Shown here piece by piece: positions 12,313-24,310 of a DNA stretch of 64,000 bases. Location: the NCBI GenBank assembly GCA_038087875.1, contig CM075993.1, forward strand, positions 8,310,001 to 8,374,000, given 5' to 3'. The notes beneath the pieces were generated by a model, which saw nothing but the letters and a program-made list of their open reading frames with translations, was not told the origin of the DNA and searched no databases. This DNA comes from Malacoraja senta (Eukaryota). Position 1 is the first letter of the stretch. Each line of letters starts with the position of its first letter. Made by a program: the position numbers and the translations under genes.

Positions 12313-12764
12313 CGGTGATCTGCATTGACGGAGGCCTTGTTACACTGTTGGGGTGACTGTTTCGCAGCCACTGTGTTACTTTTGAAACCGTTGTTGTTCA
12401 GGCAGTAAATATAATTGTTGTACATTTACCACCCGAGGGGAGGAAGTGACCGCTTTGCAGCGTTGTGTGGTGAAAGTGATGGATATATTTCCTGTATCTG
12501 ATTACGATTCAGAGAATTGTGGCACTGGGAGAGATGACTGATCTTGCATCAGTTTAAAAAAAACAAAGCTTGTTTATAATGTCATCTGAGCCCTCGTCTG
12601 AGGTCACTGTCAAACCTCACTAAGGTTATGCAGTACTGTGTATTAGAAGGTTTTTATTTTACACAATGCAGAGACTACCTAAAAAGGACTCCTGGAGCCT
12701 GTGAAAAAAAGTAGATCTTATGCTCATTATCTCATTCACAAATAACTGCTGAGTCTGATTAATA

Positions 12765-12990
12765 GTTCAGTTTAGAGATACAGCTGGAAACGGGCCCTTT
12801 GGCCCACTGAGTCCGCGCTGACCAGCGATCCCCACACACAAACACTATATCCTACACACACGAGGGACAATTTACAATTTTACCAAGGCTAATTAGCCTA
12901 CAAACCTGTACGTCTTTGGAGTGTGGGAGGAAACCAGAGCACCCGGAGAAAACCCACGCAGGTCACGGGGAAAACGTACAAATTGTGTAC
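12765..12990 (-). mobile_element. HE1-like SINE, 5'-truncated
   Basis: Reverse complement of the SINE core and tail. Confidence 0.85.
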
Positions 12991-13393
12991 ATGTTTTAAA
13001 GTTTATAGTGATTAGTACAGATGTGGTTTATCAAGTATGTGCAGAACTCAAGTGATTTCTGTACTTGTGGGATCTGGGGAAATGTAACTGTAGGTCTTAA
13101 TGTTAAATTCATGCACTGGAGTTTTGCTAAATTGTTCTGTCAAAAATGTTGCCACATTTTATCATTGTAGTAGTTTATTTCAGAGTCTCCCCTGGGAGAA
13201 TTAAATAAATTGGATGGATTTGTTGATGGGCAAATTGTTGTCTAGGACAGGAAGAGTTTGACAGTAAGTGGTTTGTTTCTTTTATGTTACCTTGATGTTA
13301 TCGTTGAGATACTTCTCATTTGGGTTGCTATTTTGCAATTAATTTAAAGCTATCCACAATTCATTAACATATCCTGGCACTGATTATTATAAT

Positions 13394-13606
13394 GTGTAGG
13401 AAGGAATTGCAGATGCTAGTTTAGACACAAAATGCTGGAGTAACCCAGCAGGTCTGGCAGGATCTCTGGAGAGAAGGAATGTGTTGTAGAAGGAACTGCA
13501 GATGAAGGAGGGTCTGAAGAAGGGTCTCGACCCGAAACGTCACCCATTCCTTCTCTCCAGAGATGCTGCCTGTCCCGCTGAGTTACTCCAGCATTTTGTG
13601 TCTATT
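13394..13606. mobile_element. Inverted PLE terminal modules with a 15-bp TSD
   Basis: ACTGATTATTATAAT at 13379-13393 and 13607-13621. Confidence 0.9.
13510..13545 (+). ncRNA. Minimal type I hammerhead ribozyme motif (PLE-associated)
   Basis: GGGT-CTGAAGA-A-GGGT(CTCG)ACCC-GAAAC-GTC-ACCC: conserved core, helix II, helix I GGGU/ACCC, GUC cleavage triplet, palindromic ACGT in place of helix III. Confidence 0.75.
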
Positions 13607-14036
13607 ACTGATTATTATAATTTTGTTCCTTGGTTGCTGTTCTTTATTTTAGATTGACAGACGACAAAATTACCTTTAGCACTGTAAGAAGCAGCGTTAG
13701 GAAACTTGCTCTGTCTTCCCTCCCTCAACGTCCCCCCCCACCCAAACCTCCACAAAAATTAAAAATGTCTAATTCTTAAAAATATAATTAATATGTTCAT
13801 GTGATAGGAGCAGAATTAGGCCATTCGGCCCATCAAGTCAACTCTGCCATTTAATCATGGCTGATCTATCTCTCCCTCCTAAACCCATTCTCCTGCCTAT
13901 CCCTGATCAAGAAACAATCTATCTGAGTCCCCCTGTATCCGACCCACCTAATCCCTTTATTCAGAACAAAGCAGCTGGTGATTGGTGTCAAAGTAGGTGA
14001 TGAACAGGGTGACTGTTCCTAGAAGGAGCTAGCATA

Positions 14037-14328
14037 GGGGCGGCATGGTGGCGCAGCGGTAGAGTTGCTGCCTTACAGTGCCGGAGACCAGAGTTCGATC
14101 CCGACTACGGGTGCTGTCTGTATAGAATTTGTACGTTCTCCCCGTGACCTGCGTGGGTTTTCTCTCGAGGTCTTCGGTTTTCTCCCACACTCCAAATTGG
14201 TTTGGTAAATGTAAAAATTGTCCCGAGTGTGTGTAGGATCGTGTTAATATGCGGGGATTGCTGGTCGGTCCAGACCCGGTGGGCCGAAGGGCCTTTTTCC
14301 ACACTGTATCTCTAAACTAAACATAAAC
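14037..14328 (+). mobile_element. HE1-like tRNA-derived V-SINE, full length
   Basis: GGGGCGGCATGGTGGCGCAGCGGTAG (A box), GAGTTCGATCC (B box), core, CR1-like tail. Further copies at about 16068-16325(+), 20790-21105(+), 22015-22310(-), 25452-25720(-), 26597-26860(-), 28438-28715(+), 30113-30412(+), 36468-36685(+), 38792-39057(+), 39371-39620(+), 44292-44574(-), 45222-45540(+), 57057-57332(-), 57408-57705(+), 58503-58752(+). Confidence 0.92.
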
Positions 14329-16707
14329 TTGATGAGCTGAATGGCTGCCTCCTGTTCTGTAGTCTGTAACAGTTCTGTGATTCATCTCCAGGGCTTCCTC
14401 TTTGTGCTCTTTGGATTGTATATTGTCGCAGAGTTGAGATACAGAGTTGCAAGGGGAGGGTATGGATCCTGAGGAGGAAGGGGAGGGGGGGGGGGGGGGG
14501 AGAGAAAGAAGGTTACTTGATTTCTGTGGCTAACTTGCTTGAAGAGAATATTTTGTTTTGTCAGCAGTGGAACCAATGCATCTTTTATTCCCTTTGGAGT
14601 CCTGCCAGTTCACCGTGTTCACAATTTGTGTCACTAACTTTATATAATGTCCTGCTAATTGATACGGAAACTAGATATCTTTACAGAATCAACACATGCT
14701 GGAAACGTAGTTTTGCTCTTTGATCTTGCATGTGTAATTGGATTTCGCCTCAAAAGGGAAAATATATGGTCCTGCTGCTCGTTTGTTGTGCAGCCTCTGA
14801 TGCCCTTTCAGAAATCATTACTCACTGGGGTCTCCACTGTGCATGCCACAAGGGAATTGTTTGGCCAATAAGTAAGCACGCTATCGATGGTACAAAAATA
14901 TACTGATTCCGCCATCTGTTCCTGCTGTCATGCAGATTAAAACGTGTTCAGCGGTTCAACTATTGTAGCTGAAGGTGTTTATGTGATTTTTATTTAATGT
15001 ACTGAGTCAACGGCTAATGCGTTTGGAACTGAAATTCCAACCGAGTAAACTAGTTGGCCAAACACACAAAGCAGCAGAGGAACTCGGCATGTTAGGCGGT
15101 ATCCAGGGAGGGAATGGATAGGTGACGTTTTGGATCGAGACACTTCTTCATCAAATTAGTTGGCCTAAGTCGGCAATAGATATTGTTTTTCTGGCTACTG
15201 ATTTAACGTTTGTTATCTTTCGCTGATAAATCTCCTCGCGTTACTTCACTTCCTCTCAATTCCTGCTACTTGCATCTCAACTGTCGAAGGATTTATGGGG
15301 GGAAGAAAATATAAACTGCTGAAAGAACTCAGCAGATCACAGGTGAATCTGTGGAGGTAAAGGAATGGTCGCCATTTTGGCACGGAGAGAGTAGGGTAAA
15401 GTATAGAGAGGTGAGAGGGAGTGATGAGACAGAGGTGGTAGGTGGAACCTGATGAGGGGCGGGGTGGGGGGGAAGGGCTAGGGGTGATGGGAAGACAGGT
15501 GGTGGAGGGGAGGGGAGGGGGAAGGGAAGAGGCGGAGGCTGGTGGGTAAGGTAAGAAAATGGAGCCATTAGGTTGAAGGTCACCCAAACAGAATACGGGG
15601 TGCTGTTCCATCAGTTTGCCTTTGGCCTCACCATGACAATGTAGAAGGCTGAGGACAGACTGAAATATATGGATTCAGAAGAATTAACTGCTGTTGTTAA
15701 GCTAGGTCTCAATGAGTTACATGCTTTTTCACAATCATCTTTTTTTTTTCATACTTGGTCATTTCAAAACCAGCATTTTTATATTTGTGTTGTGAGCCTG
15801 AAGTGACATGCCCCTGGATGGTGGTGAGAGAGAAGGTATAGGGACGTCTTTCCCCTTTGGTTGCAGGGGAAAGTACAGGGAGATGGGGACCAGGGAGTCA
15901 TGGGGAGAATGGTCCCTGCAGAAAGCAGGAGGGTTGAGAGGAGATGGAGTGGGGTGAAGAGGGCTGGTCATCAAGATATACAGCACGGAAACAGGGATGT
16001 ATGATGGTCTACATAGGCACAATGGATGAAGCGTAGTTTCTATTCCAGTTCATTATCAAAATCTGGAGGGGAACACAGTGGCGCAATGGGAGATGGCGCC
16101 AGAGACCCGGGTTCGATCCTGACTACGGGTGCAGTTTGTGCAGAGTTTATACATTCTCACTGTGTCCGCGTGGGTTTTCACCGGGTGCTCTGGTTTCCTC
16201 CCACATTCCAAATACGTGCAGGTTTGTAGGTTAATTGGCTTCTGAATAGAACTAGTGTAATTTTTTGGTCGGCATGGACTCGGTGGGCCAAAGGTGTTCC
16301 CACTCTGTATCTCCAAAAACTAAAAACAACGTATAGAACTGACAAATCTTTCAAGTTTTTTTAACGAAAAGAGTTTTTTTGCTGTGGACAAATGCAACCA
16401 ATTTTGGAGGCAATTTTATAAAGCAAAGAAGAAAAAAAAATCTCATCAAACACAGTGCCTTCCATAATGTTTAGGACAAATACCCATCATTATTTATTTG
16501 CCTCTGTACTCCACAATTCGAGATTTGTAATAGAAAGAATCGCACGTGGTTAAAGTGCACATTGTCAGATTATAATAAAGGCCATTTTTATACATTTTGG
16601 TTTCACCATGTAGAAATTACAGCAGTGTTTATACATAGTCCCCCCATTTCCAACAGATCAAAAACACTCTTCAGGAGTCAGGTGTGGATCTTTCCTGGGT
16701 CCGGGAA

Positions 16708-17350
16708 AGAAGATCTTTCCTGGACCCAGCACACTGATGCAATTGTAAAGAAGACACATCAGCGACTACTTCCTGAGAAGATTACGGAGATTCGACATGT
16801 CGAAAAGGATTCTCCTAAATCTCTACAGGTGCACGGTAGTGAGCATTCTGACTGGTTGCATCATGGCCTGGTTCGGCAACTTGAACGTCCAGGAGCGAAA
16901 AAGACTACAAAAAGTTGTGACCACTGCCCAGTCCATCACCGGCTTTGACCTCCCCACCGTCGAAGGGATCTATCGTAGTCGCTGCCTCAAAAAGGCAGCC
17001 AAAATCATCAAGGACCCACACCATCCTGGCCACACACTTATCTCACCATTGCCATCAGAAGAAGGTACAGGAGCCTGAAGACTGTAACGTCCAGGTTCAG
17101 GAACAGCTCCTTCCCCACAGCCATCAGGCTATTAAACACAATGAATAAGCTCTTAGCTCTGAACTACAAAAGACTATATTATTATTTGTTATTTACACTA
17201 TATTTGTTAGTTATTGAACTTTTTCTTTTTTTTCCCGTTATATACAATGCTTACATATTCACATATTCTGTTGTGCTGCAGCAAGTAAGAATTTTATTGT
17301 CCCGTCCGGGACATATGAAAAAAAACCACTCTTGAATTGTTGACTCTTGG
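16708..17350 (+). mobile_element. Rex1/Babar LINE 3' fragment nested in Tc1
   Basis: EDLSWTQHTDAIVKK..LYRCTVVSILTGCIMAWFGN; (CTTGA)-like tail. Confidence 0.88.
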
Positions 17351-17351
17351 A

Positions 17352-18102
17352 TTTGTCAATGACCACTGTCCGCAGAAGACTTCATGAACAGAAATACAGA
17401 GGCTACACTGCAAGATGCAAACCACTGGTTAGCCGCAAAAATAGGATGGCCAGGTTACAGTTTGCCAAGAAGTACTTAAAAGAGCAACCACAGTTCTGGA
17501 AAAAGGTCTTGTAGACAGATAAGAGGAAGATTAATTTATATCAGAGCGATGCCACGAATAAAGTATGGAGCAGAGAAGGAACTGCTCAAGATCCAAAGCA
17601 TTCCACCTCATCTGTGAAACATGGTGGTGGGGGTGTTATGACCTGGGCATGTATGGCTACTGAAGGTACTGGCCTACATATCTTCATTGATGATACAACT
17701 GCTGATGGTAGTAGCATAATGAATTCTGAAGTGTATAGACACATCCTATCTGCTCAAGTCCAAACAAATGCCTCAAAACTCATTGGCCGACAGTTCATTC
17801 TACAGCGAGACAATGATCCCAAACATACTGCTGAAGCAACAAATGAGTTTTTCAAAGTTAAAAAATGGTCAATTCTTGAGTGGCCAAGTCAATCACCCGA
17901 TCTGAACTCAATTGAGCATGCCTTTTATATGCTGAAGAGAAAACTGAAGGAGACTAGCCCCCTAAACAAGCATAAGCTAAAGATGGCTGCAATACGGGCC
18001 TGGCAGAGCATCACCAGAGAAGACACCCAGCAACTGATGATGTCCATGAATCGCAGACTTCAAGCAGTCATTGCATGCAAAGGATATTCAACAAAATACT
18101 AA
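17352..18102 (+). pseudogene. Tc1 DDE transposase, C-terminal part
   Basis: VKHGGGGVMTWAC, QRDNDPKH, WPSQSPDLNSIEH motifs; upstream stop codon and missing N-terminus. Confidence 0.92.
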
Positions 18103-18772
18103 TCATGGCTACTTTCATTTACATGACATTGCTGTGTCCCAAACATTATGGTGCCCTGAAATGGGGGGACTATGTATAAAAACTGCTGTAATTTCTACAT
18201 GGTGAAACCAAAATGTATAAAAATGTCCTTTATTAAAATCAGACAATGTGCACTTTAACCAGGTGTGATTTTTTCTATTACAAATCTCAAATTGTGGAAT
18301 ACAGAGGCAAATAACTAAATGATGGGTCTTTGTCCCAAACATTATGGAGGGTACTGTAAGTAGTTTTTGTGGCATTTACTCAACAGCCTGACTGCTTTCA
18401 TGTGCTCTTCTATTCAATGCTCTTGTATGAATGTCCAGTACCTGACTACAAGATATGTAATCAATTGCACTGATCAATGCAAAAATATTGGTTTTACTCT
18501 CTGAGTCTCCTTCTGTTTCAGCAGCTTGTGCATCACACATAATAGACGTTCATCATTTATGATTTGCAATTAACAGTAATGAAGAATAGAGAAGATTTCA
18601 ATATTGCAGATCTAATTATACACAAGAGAGAATTCATTTGTCTAACTATAGTCATTAATATATTGGCTTGTTTCCAAAATGCTTTGATAGAATGGTTGAA
18701 CCACTTTAAAATGATTGTGATCGGGGTTTATCGAATCTGCTTGTTTGAAGCCACACCTAGATAGACACTCTA

Positions 18773-18958
18773 GATAGACACAAAAAGCTGGAGTAATTCA
18801 GGAGGTCAGACAGCATCTCTGGAGGAAAGGAATAGGTGACTTTTCGGGTCGAGACCCTTCTTCAGACTGAAGAAGTCTTGACCCAAATCGTCACTTATTC
18901 CTTTTCTCCAGAGATACTATCTGACCCGCTGAGTTACTCCAGCTTCTTGTGTCTATCT
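18773..18958. repeat. Head-to-head palindrome of PLE terminal modules
   Basis: Arms of ~90 bp centred on CTTCTTCAG-A-CTGAAGAAG. Confidence 0.9.
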
Positions 18959-19282
18959 TCAGTTTAAACCAGCATCTGTAGTTCATGCAATAATCTCTGC
19001 TTGCTTCTTTAATCCGTACTCATCTGTGATTTAATGTCCTTTTGGAACAGGAAGATCTGTCTTGCCCTTGACCCCAATCATCACACCATACACTGTGTAT
19101 ATAAAGGGCAGAATCTCCTGGTATTTACTTTGGAAGAGATGCTGATATCTCCTGAGTGAGGCTTCCTTACAGACCTTGTTATAAATGACCTACGAGGCAT
19201 TATTGTCTACCGCCCTTCATTATAAACATTAGAAAATAACCAGTTATAGGTCGTACTAATTTGTAAGGAGCTACAGCAATAA

Positions 19283-19470
19283 AAAGGCACAGAGTGCTGG
19301 AGCAACTCAGTCGGTTAGGCAGCATCTCTGGAGAATGTGGATAGGTGATATTTCAAGTCGGGACCCTTCTTCAGACTGAAGAGAGGTCCCGACCAGAAAC
19401 ATCTCCTATCCATATTCTTCAGAAATATTGCCTGACCCGCTGAGTTACTTCAGCACTTAGTGTCTTTTTT
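19283..19470. repeat. Head-to-head palindrome of PLE terminal modules
   Basis: Centred on TCTTCAG-A-CTGAAGA; imperfect flanking repeat GTA(C/G)TAATTTGTAA. Confidence 0.85.
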
Positions 19471-22400
19471 TGTAGTAATTTGTAATATATTGCTTATCCT
19501 GGAGTAAATGTGCTTTTTTGTGTGTGTTTACCACAGGGAAATTGGACTCCAAGGTGCATCAAGGAATGAAGAAGGCATTAATGCGGCAGAAACAGATAAC
19601 ATAGTGTACAAGAAACCAAACGTGGGATGTGGCACGAGGTTTGGATTGCCTTGTGCTGTGAAGTCCCAGAGCTGGTAACTTAAAAGTGCATTGTAAAATG
19701 TATAGCCAGTAAGGTACAGTTGCAAAATCTAACAACCCTCCACTGCATTAACCAGCAGCCTGACACTGATGACCCAGAAATCTCAAAGCCTTTATATGTA
19801 TCAATATTTAAGAATGTAATTCAAATACTTGGTAATATTAAAGAGAGGATTGTTCAGAAACATACATTCCAGTAATCCTGCCACCATTTGGCAATCCACA
19901 AAACAAGGTCTTGTTCAGCTTTACTTTCCACATTTGATTAAAGGAGTTAATGATGCTTGAAACCTATCTGTCTTTGGCCATGCTTTCTGGTAATGGAAGA
20001 AACGTTAAAGGAGGTGCTTATAGGCTCCTGGAAGAAATATAACATTGCAGCTGACCTTTGCTGCTCAAAATGGGGAAGTAGTATTTGAGATGGTGTAAAG
20101 TGAGTCAAGACCAGGTACTGGGAGGTCACAGAAACAGTGGAAATCGCAGATCACCTCACAAAATAATAGACACTTGCCCAGTTGGCCAACACCTGCTCCA
20201 CTTGTGGAAATGTCTGCAGTCCCCATATTGGTCCCATCAACCAAACTGAGTGGAACTAAGTCATCCTAAGACCACCTCAGAAGAAGACGTGAAATGTCAC
20301 ATTTTTTCATTTTAACCAAGATTGGGTTTGAGGCAATATTGTATGTTCAACAGTCACTATTTTAGCAACAACCCTTGTTTAAGATTCAGCTTCCAGGATT
20401 TTTAAACAGAGTGGGAGTGTGGAAGTCACAAGCATCGTCAGCATTTATTACCATCTCTGGTTGCCCTTGAATGCTTATGGACGTTTGATACTCCTGAGGC
20501 TTGCTTGACTATTTCAGAGATAATTAAGAATTGAGCACATTGATATGAGTGTGGGTTCACGTAATTGACCACATTCGGGTTGTATTCCTGTAGGTCTTTA
20601 GCAAACCAGATGGGCTTTTTAATCAACAAATCCAACTGCTTCTGGGTGAATTGCCAACTTTTTATTTTCTGGTTCTTTTTTTTTCTTTTGAAACTGAATT
20701 CATTTCTGAAGCTGGGATTTTGAACTTTCTTTCTGTGGGTTGTAAGTTTGCAGCGCTTCATTGCTTCCCTGGAAATGTACCTACGACACGGGAGACACAG
20801 TGGCCCAGCGGGAGGGTTGCTGCCTTGCAGTGCCAGAGAACCGGGTTCAATCCTGACTACGAATGCTGTCTCTACAGAGTTTGTACGTTCTCCATGTGAC
20901 CGCATGGGTTTTCCCCGGGTGCTCTGGTTTCCTCACACACAGCAAAGACGTACAGGTTTGTAGGTGAATTGGCTTTGGTAAAGATTATAAATTCTCCCTA
21001 GTGTGTAGGATCGTGATAGCGTATGTGGTTGGTCGCTGGTCGGACCAGACTCGGTGGGCCGAAGAGCCTGTTCCTGCGCTGTATCTCTAAACTAAACTAA
21101 ACTAACCTACTCAAGAGTTACAGGTAGACAAAAATACTGGAGAAACTCAGCGAGTGAGGCAGCATCTATGGAGCGAAGGAAATAGGCGACGTTTCGGGTC
21201 GATGTGTTACAATACATTGTTGAGGATATCCCAGCAAAGGGACTTCTCTGTCTGTCCGTCAGTGCTAAGGGATTCAATGTGAACTTCACAAGATAGTATA
21301 TCGATCCCAGTCAGGAAAATTGTTCATTCGTTGTATCTGCCACTGCTTGATTTAGAAGCTGTGTGTATACCCTGTGTTTATGCTAAGAGAGTCCTTGCTT
21401 ATTACCTCTGTTGAACAGAGCAGCTGTAATCCCATTATTTGTTTCCTTTACTGCTGAAACCTAAGAATATCAGTGTCTAAGTAAAGAATTGATAGTTGAA
21501 TCCAAACCGAGACCACTACTGTTCATTTTGACTGTGTAGTGCTGACAAGATGCAGAGCAAAACTTTCATTTTCTACATATGTTACTGTCAGTGACTTGGC
21601 AGATTTGTTCTGATCGTTTGTGTTGCTCTGATTCAGGCTCTTCCTTATTTTCCTAACTTGCTCTGGATCGAGAGTGCTGTCATAAGCCGCTGGACATGTA
21701 TTTCTGATGACACGGGATATTGGTGATCATGATCACAAGGCTGCTGTAAGCATTGTGATTGGACAATGTCATTGGAGGTGGCTTTCCTTTGAATTATCCC
21801 TGATGCTTCCTTTCCAAAGAAGCATGTTCTTTGTAATTCTAGTGACCCACCAGTGGATACAGGGACAGAGATTGCACATGATTAGAGCAGAGTTCCTCTC
21901 TTAGCCTCATCTAAGGTTCCAGAATGGGTGTATCCTTGGTAATCTTGACTCCAAGCTTCCTATCATACAGCCACCAAATATCAGCAATGAAGCTGCTGAT
22001 AGATCGGAGTTTTGTCTAGAGATACAGCATGGACACAGGCCCTTCAGCCCACCAAGTCCATGCTGACCATCGATCACCTGCTCACACCACTTCTATGTGA
22101 TCCCACTTTTGTTTCCACTCCCTGCACATTAGAGGCAATTTTTCAGAGGCCAATTAACCTGCAAATCTGCAGGCTTTCAGGATGTTGGAGGACACCAGGG
22201 CACCTGGAGAAAACCCACGAGGTCACAGGGAGAATTTGCAAACTACACACAGACAGCACCCAAGGTCTCTGATGCTGCGAGGCAGCAGCTCTACCAGCAG
22301 TGACACCGGAGCAATCATTGTCTTTCAATTAGTCCATTACAACCTCAAAATGATGAAAGCAGAAACCCTGTTCGTGCAAGGTTTTGCACAACATAGATCC

Positions 22401-24176
22401 AGCGTCATGTGAATCTTACCATATGTCTCATTATCCGCTTGGTATTCCCAGTTTATTTGACGTCAAAATGGCATCAATGTAATTGAATGAATCAATACCA
22501 CATGCTTCTGCTACCTCCCTCAGGAACTTGTACCACAGACTGAAACCCAGTCCCTGCTGATGCGTTTTGAATCTGCTTCCCTTGAGCGTGGGTCGTATCC
22601 TTTAGTTCTGTTGGGTGGAGCAGACACATCTGTCGGCAAATAAAGAAGATAGACACAAAGTGCTGGAGTCGCTCAGCGGGCCAGGTGGCATCTCTGGGGA
22701 AAAAACAATGGGTGTCGTTCAGGGTCAGGAACCTTCGTCAGATTGGAAATAGAGGAGAGGAAACTGGGGGTACAAATAGACCAGAGCAAAGCAGGACCGG
22801 CAACAGATGACCAAGGAAAGGTGGAGCCCATTATGGTCCATTGTTGGCTGGGGAAGAGGTGATAATGAAGGAAGACAAGAATGCGAACAATGGAACTAGT
22901 AGGGCAATTAGGGTGGGGGAGGGGGAAGAGAGAGGAGGGGGCAGGGGGGGTGAGAAATGCGGAAGTTACCTGAAATTAGAGAAACGGTTGCCCAGTCTAA
23001 GTGGGCCATTGTCAGGTTGGGCCAGAAGACCACAGGTTCAAATTGTTGTCGAGTTCTTTCGTCCCTTGATTCTAGGGACCCTTTCCTCGGGCTGAGAGTC
23101 AGAAGAAAGGGAAGCAAGAGATGTAGATGGTGATTGTGAGAGATACAGAACAAATGAATGAAAAATATGCAAAAAGGAACGATGATAACGGAAACGGTCT
23201 GTTGTTGGCTGTGGGTTAGGTGATAACAAGTTGTACAGACTATATCTCTCTATATCACCATCTATATCTCTCGTTTCCCTTTCCCCTGTCTCTCAGTCCG
23301 AGGAAGGGTTCTCGACCCGAAACGTCACCCATTCCTGTTCTCCAGAGATGCTGCCTGACCCACTGAGTTACTCCAGCGTTTTGTGTCTATCTTTGGTTTA
23401 AACCAGCATCTGCAGTTCTTTCCTACACACCTTGTTATATCAATGTCAGTTTACATACAGTCTCATACACACACACACTATCCATCCGCACAGAAACACC
23501 TACTGTCACTTCTCTGCACAATTCCCCACATCCCTGACACTCCCACGCAACACACTGCCCCTCCCCACACACACACACACACACGCTTAGAAATTTTCAT
23601 TATGCTTTGGAACATTTCTTGACAGATGAAACAACTTATTTTCAGGCTTCTGGAGCTAACACTCCACAGTGCGATCATTAAAATGATTCTTCCTGACTTT
23701 CTCTAGCAGTGCACCTGGGGTATTCCCCGTAATTGCAAAGCTTGCCGTGAGGACTCAGTGTAAAATTTTCCAGGTGGGAAGCTGAGTATTGCAACACTCC
23801 TTCATCAGGAGGAAGTGTATTAATATTTGAAAGCTTACAATACTGCTCCACTCTTCTCTCACTTGCCCATTAATCTATCCACCTTCTTGGTCTGTCACTC
23901 CAATGACGCATTGCACCCAACACCAAAGCAAATTAGTGGTGAAAAAGGATTATTAAACATTACTGCCTTACAACGCCAGAGACCCGGGTGCAATCCTGAC
24001 CAAGTGTGCTTGTCTGTAAGGAGTTTGTACGTTCTCCCCGTGGCCTGCGTGGGTTTTCTCCGGGAGCGGTTTCCTCCCACACTCCAAAGACGTACAAGTT
24101 TGTATGCTTATTGGCTTGGTATAATTGTAAATTGTTCCTTGTGTGTGTAGGATAGTGTTATTGTGCAGGGATCGCT

Positions 24177-24310
24177 TCTTCTTTCGTGTGGCGTGCACAG
24201 CCTAAAGTTGTTGGACAACTTGTTCTATTTGATCTTCCGTTTGTGCACGTCGAGTTGATTGCATTAGTCGAAACAGGGCGGACCACGTGAAGGTTGCAAT
24301 CTTCCACCCC
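24177..24310 (-). mobile_element. Short non-autonomous retroelement (family 1): HDV-like ribozyme head, hairpin body, (GAA)n tail
   Basis: 11-bp TSD CAGGGATCGCT (24166-24176, 24311-24321); homologous copies at 43362-43497 and 62756-62877. Confidence 0.9.
24257..24310 (-). ncRNA. Minimal HDV-like (CPEB3-type) self-cleaving ribozyme, predicted intact
   Basis: P1 GGGGUGG/CCGCCCU (G1.U wobble), J1/2 AA, P2 GAUUGCA/UGCAAUC, P3 ACC/GGU, L3 UUCACGU, GU, 5-nt linker replacing P4, J4/2 CUAA. Confidence 0.85.

Larger units (their letters stand above)
16453..18356 (+). mobile_element. Tc1-family DNA transposon with ~200-bp IR/DR TIRs, defective, interrupted by Rex1
   Basis: Left TIR CAGTGCCTTCCATAATGTTT.. 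and right TIR ..AAACATTATGGAGGGTACTG followed by TA; an inner repeat of the terminal motif lies in the right TIR. Confidence 0.95.

Noticed and set aside
12477..12541. Possible C/D-box snoRNA (GTGATGG...CTGA) and small hairpin ACTGAT/ATCAGT
   Set aside because: Imperfect C box, no terminal stem and no recognisable rRNA antisense element.
13997..14036. Perfect C box GTGATGA
   Set aside because: No suitable D box before a SINE begins.
14037..14110. tRNA-like sequence with A and B boxes
   Set aside because: It is the head of a SINE and continues into the SINE core and tail; not a tRNA gene.
19097..19110. TATA-like TATATAAAGGGC
   Set aside because: Isolated motif with no other promoter evidence.
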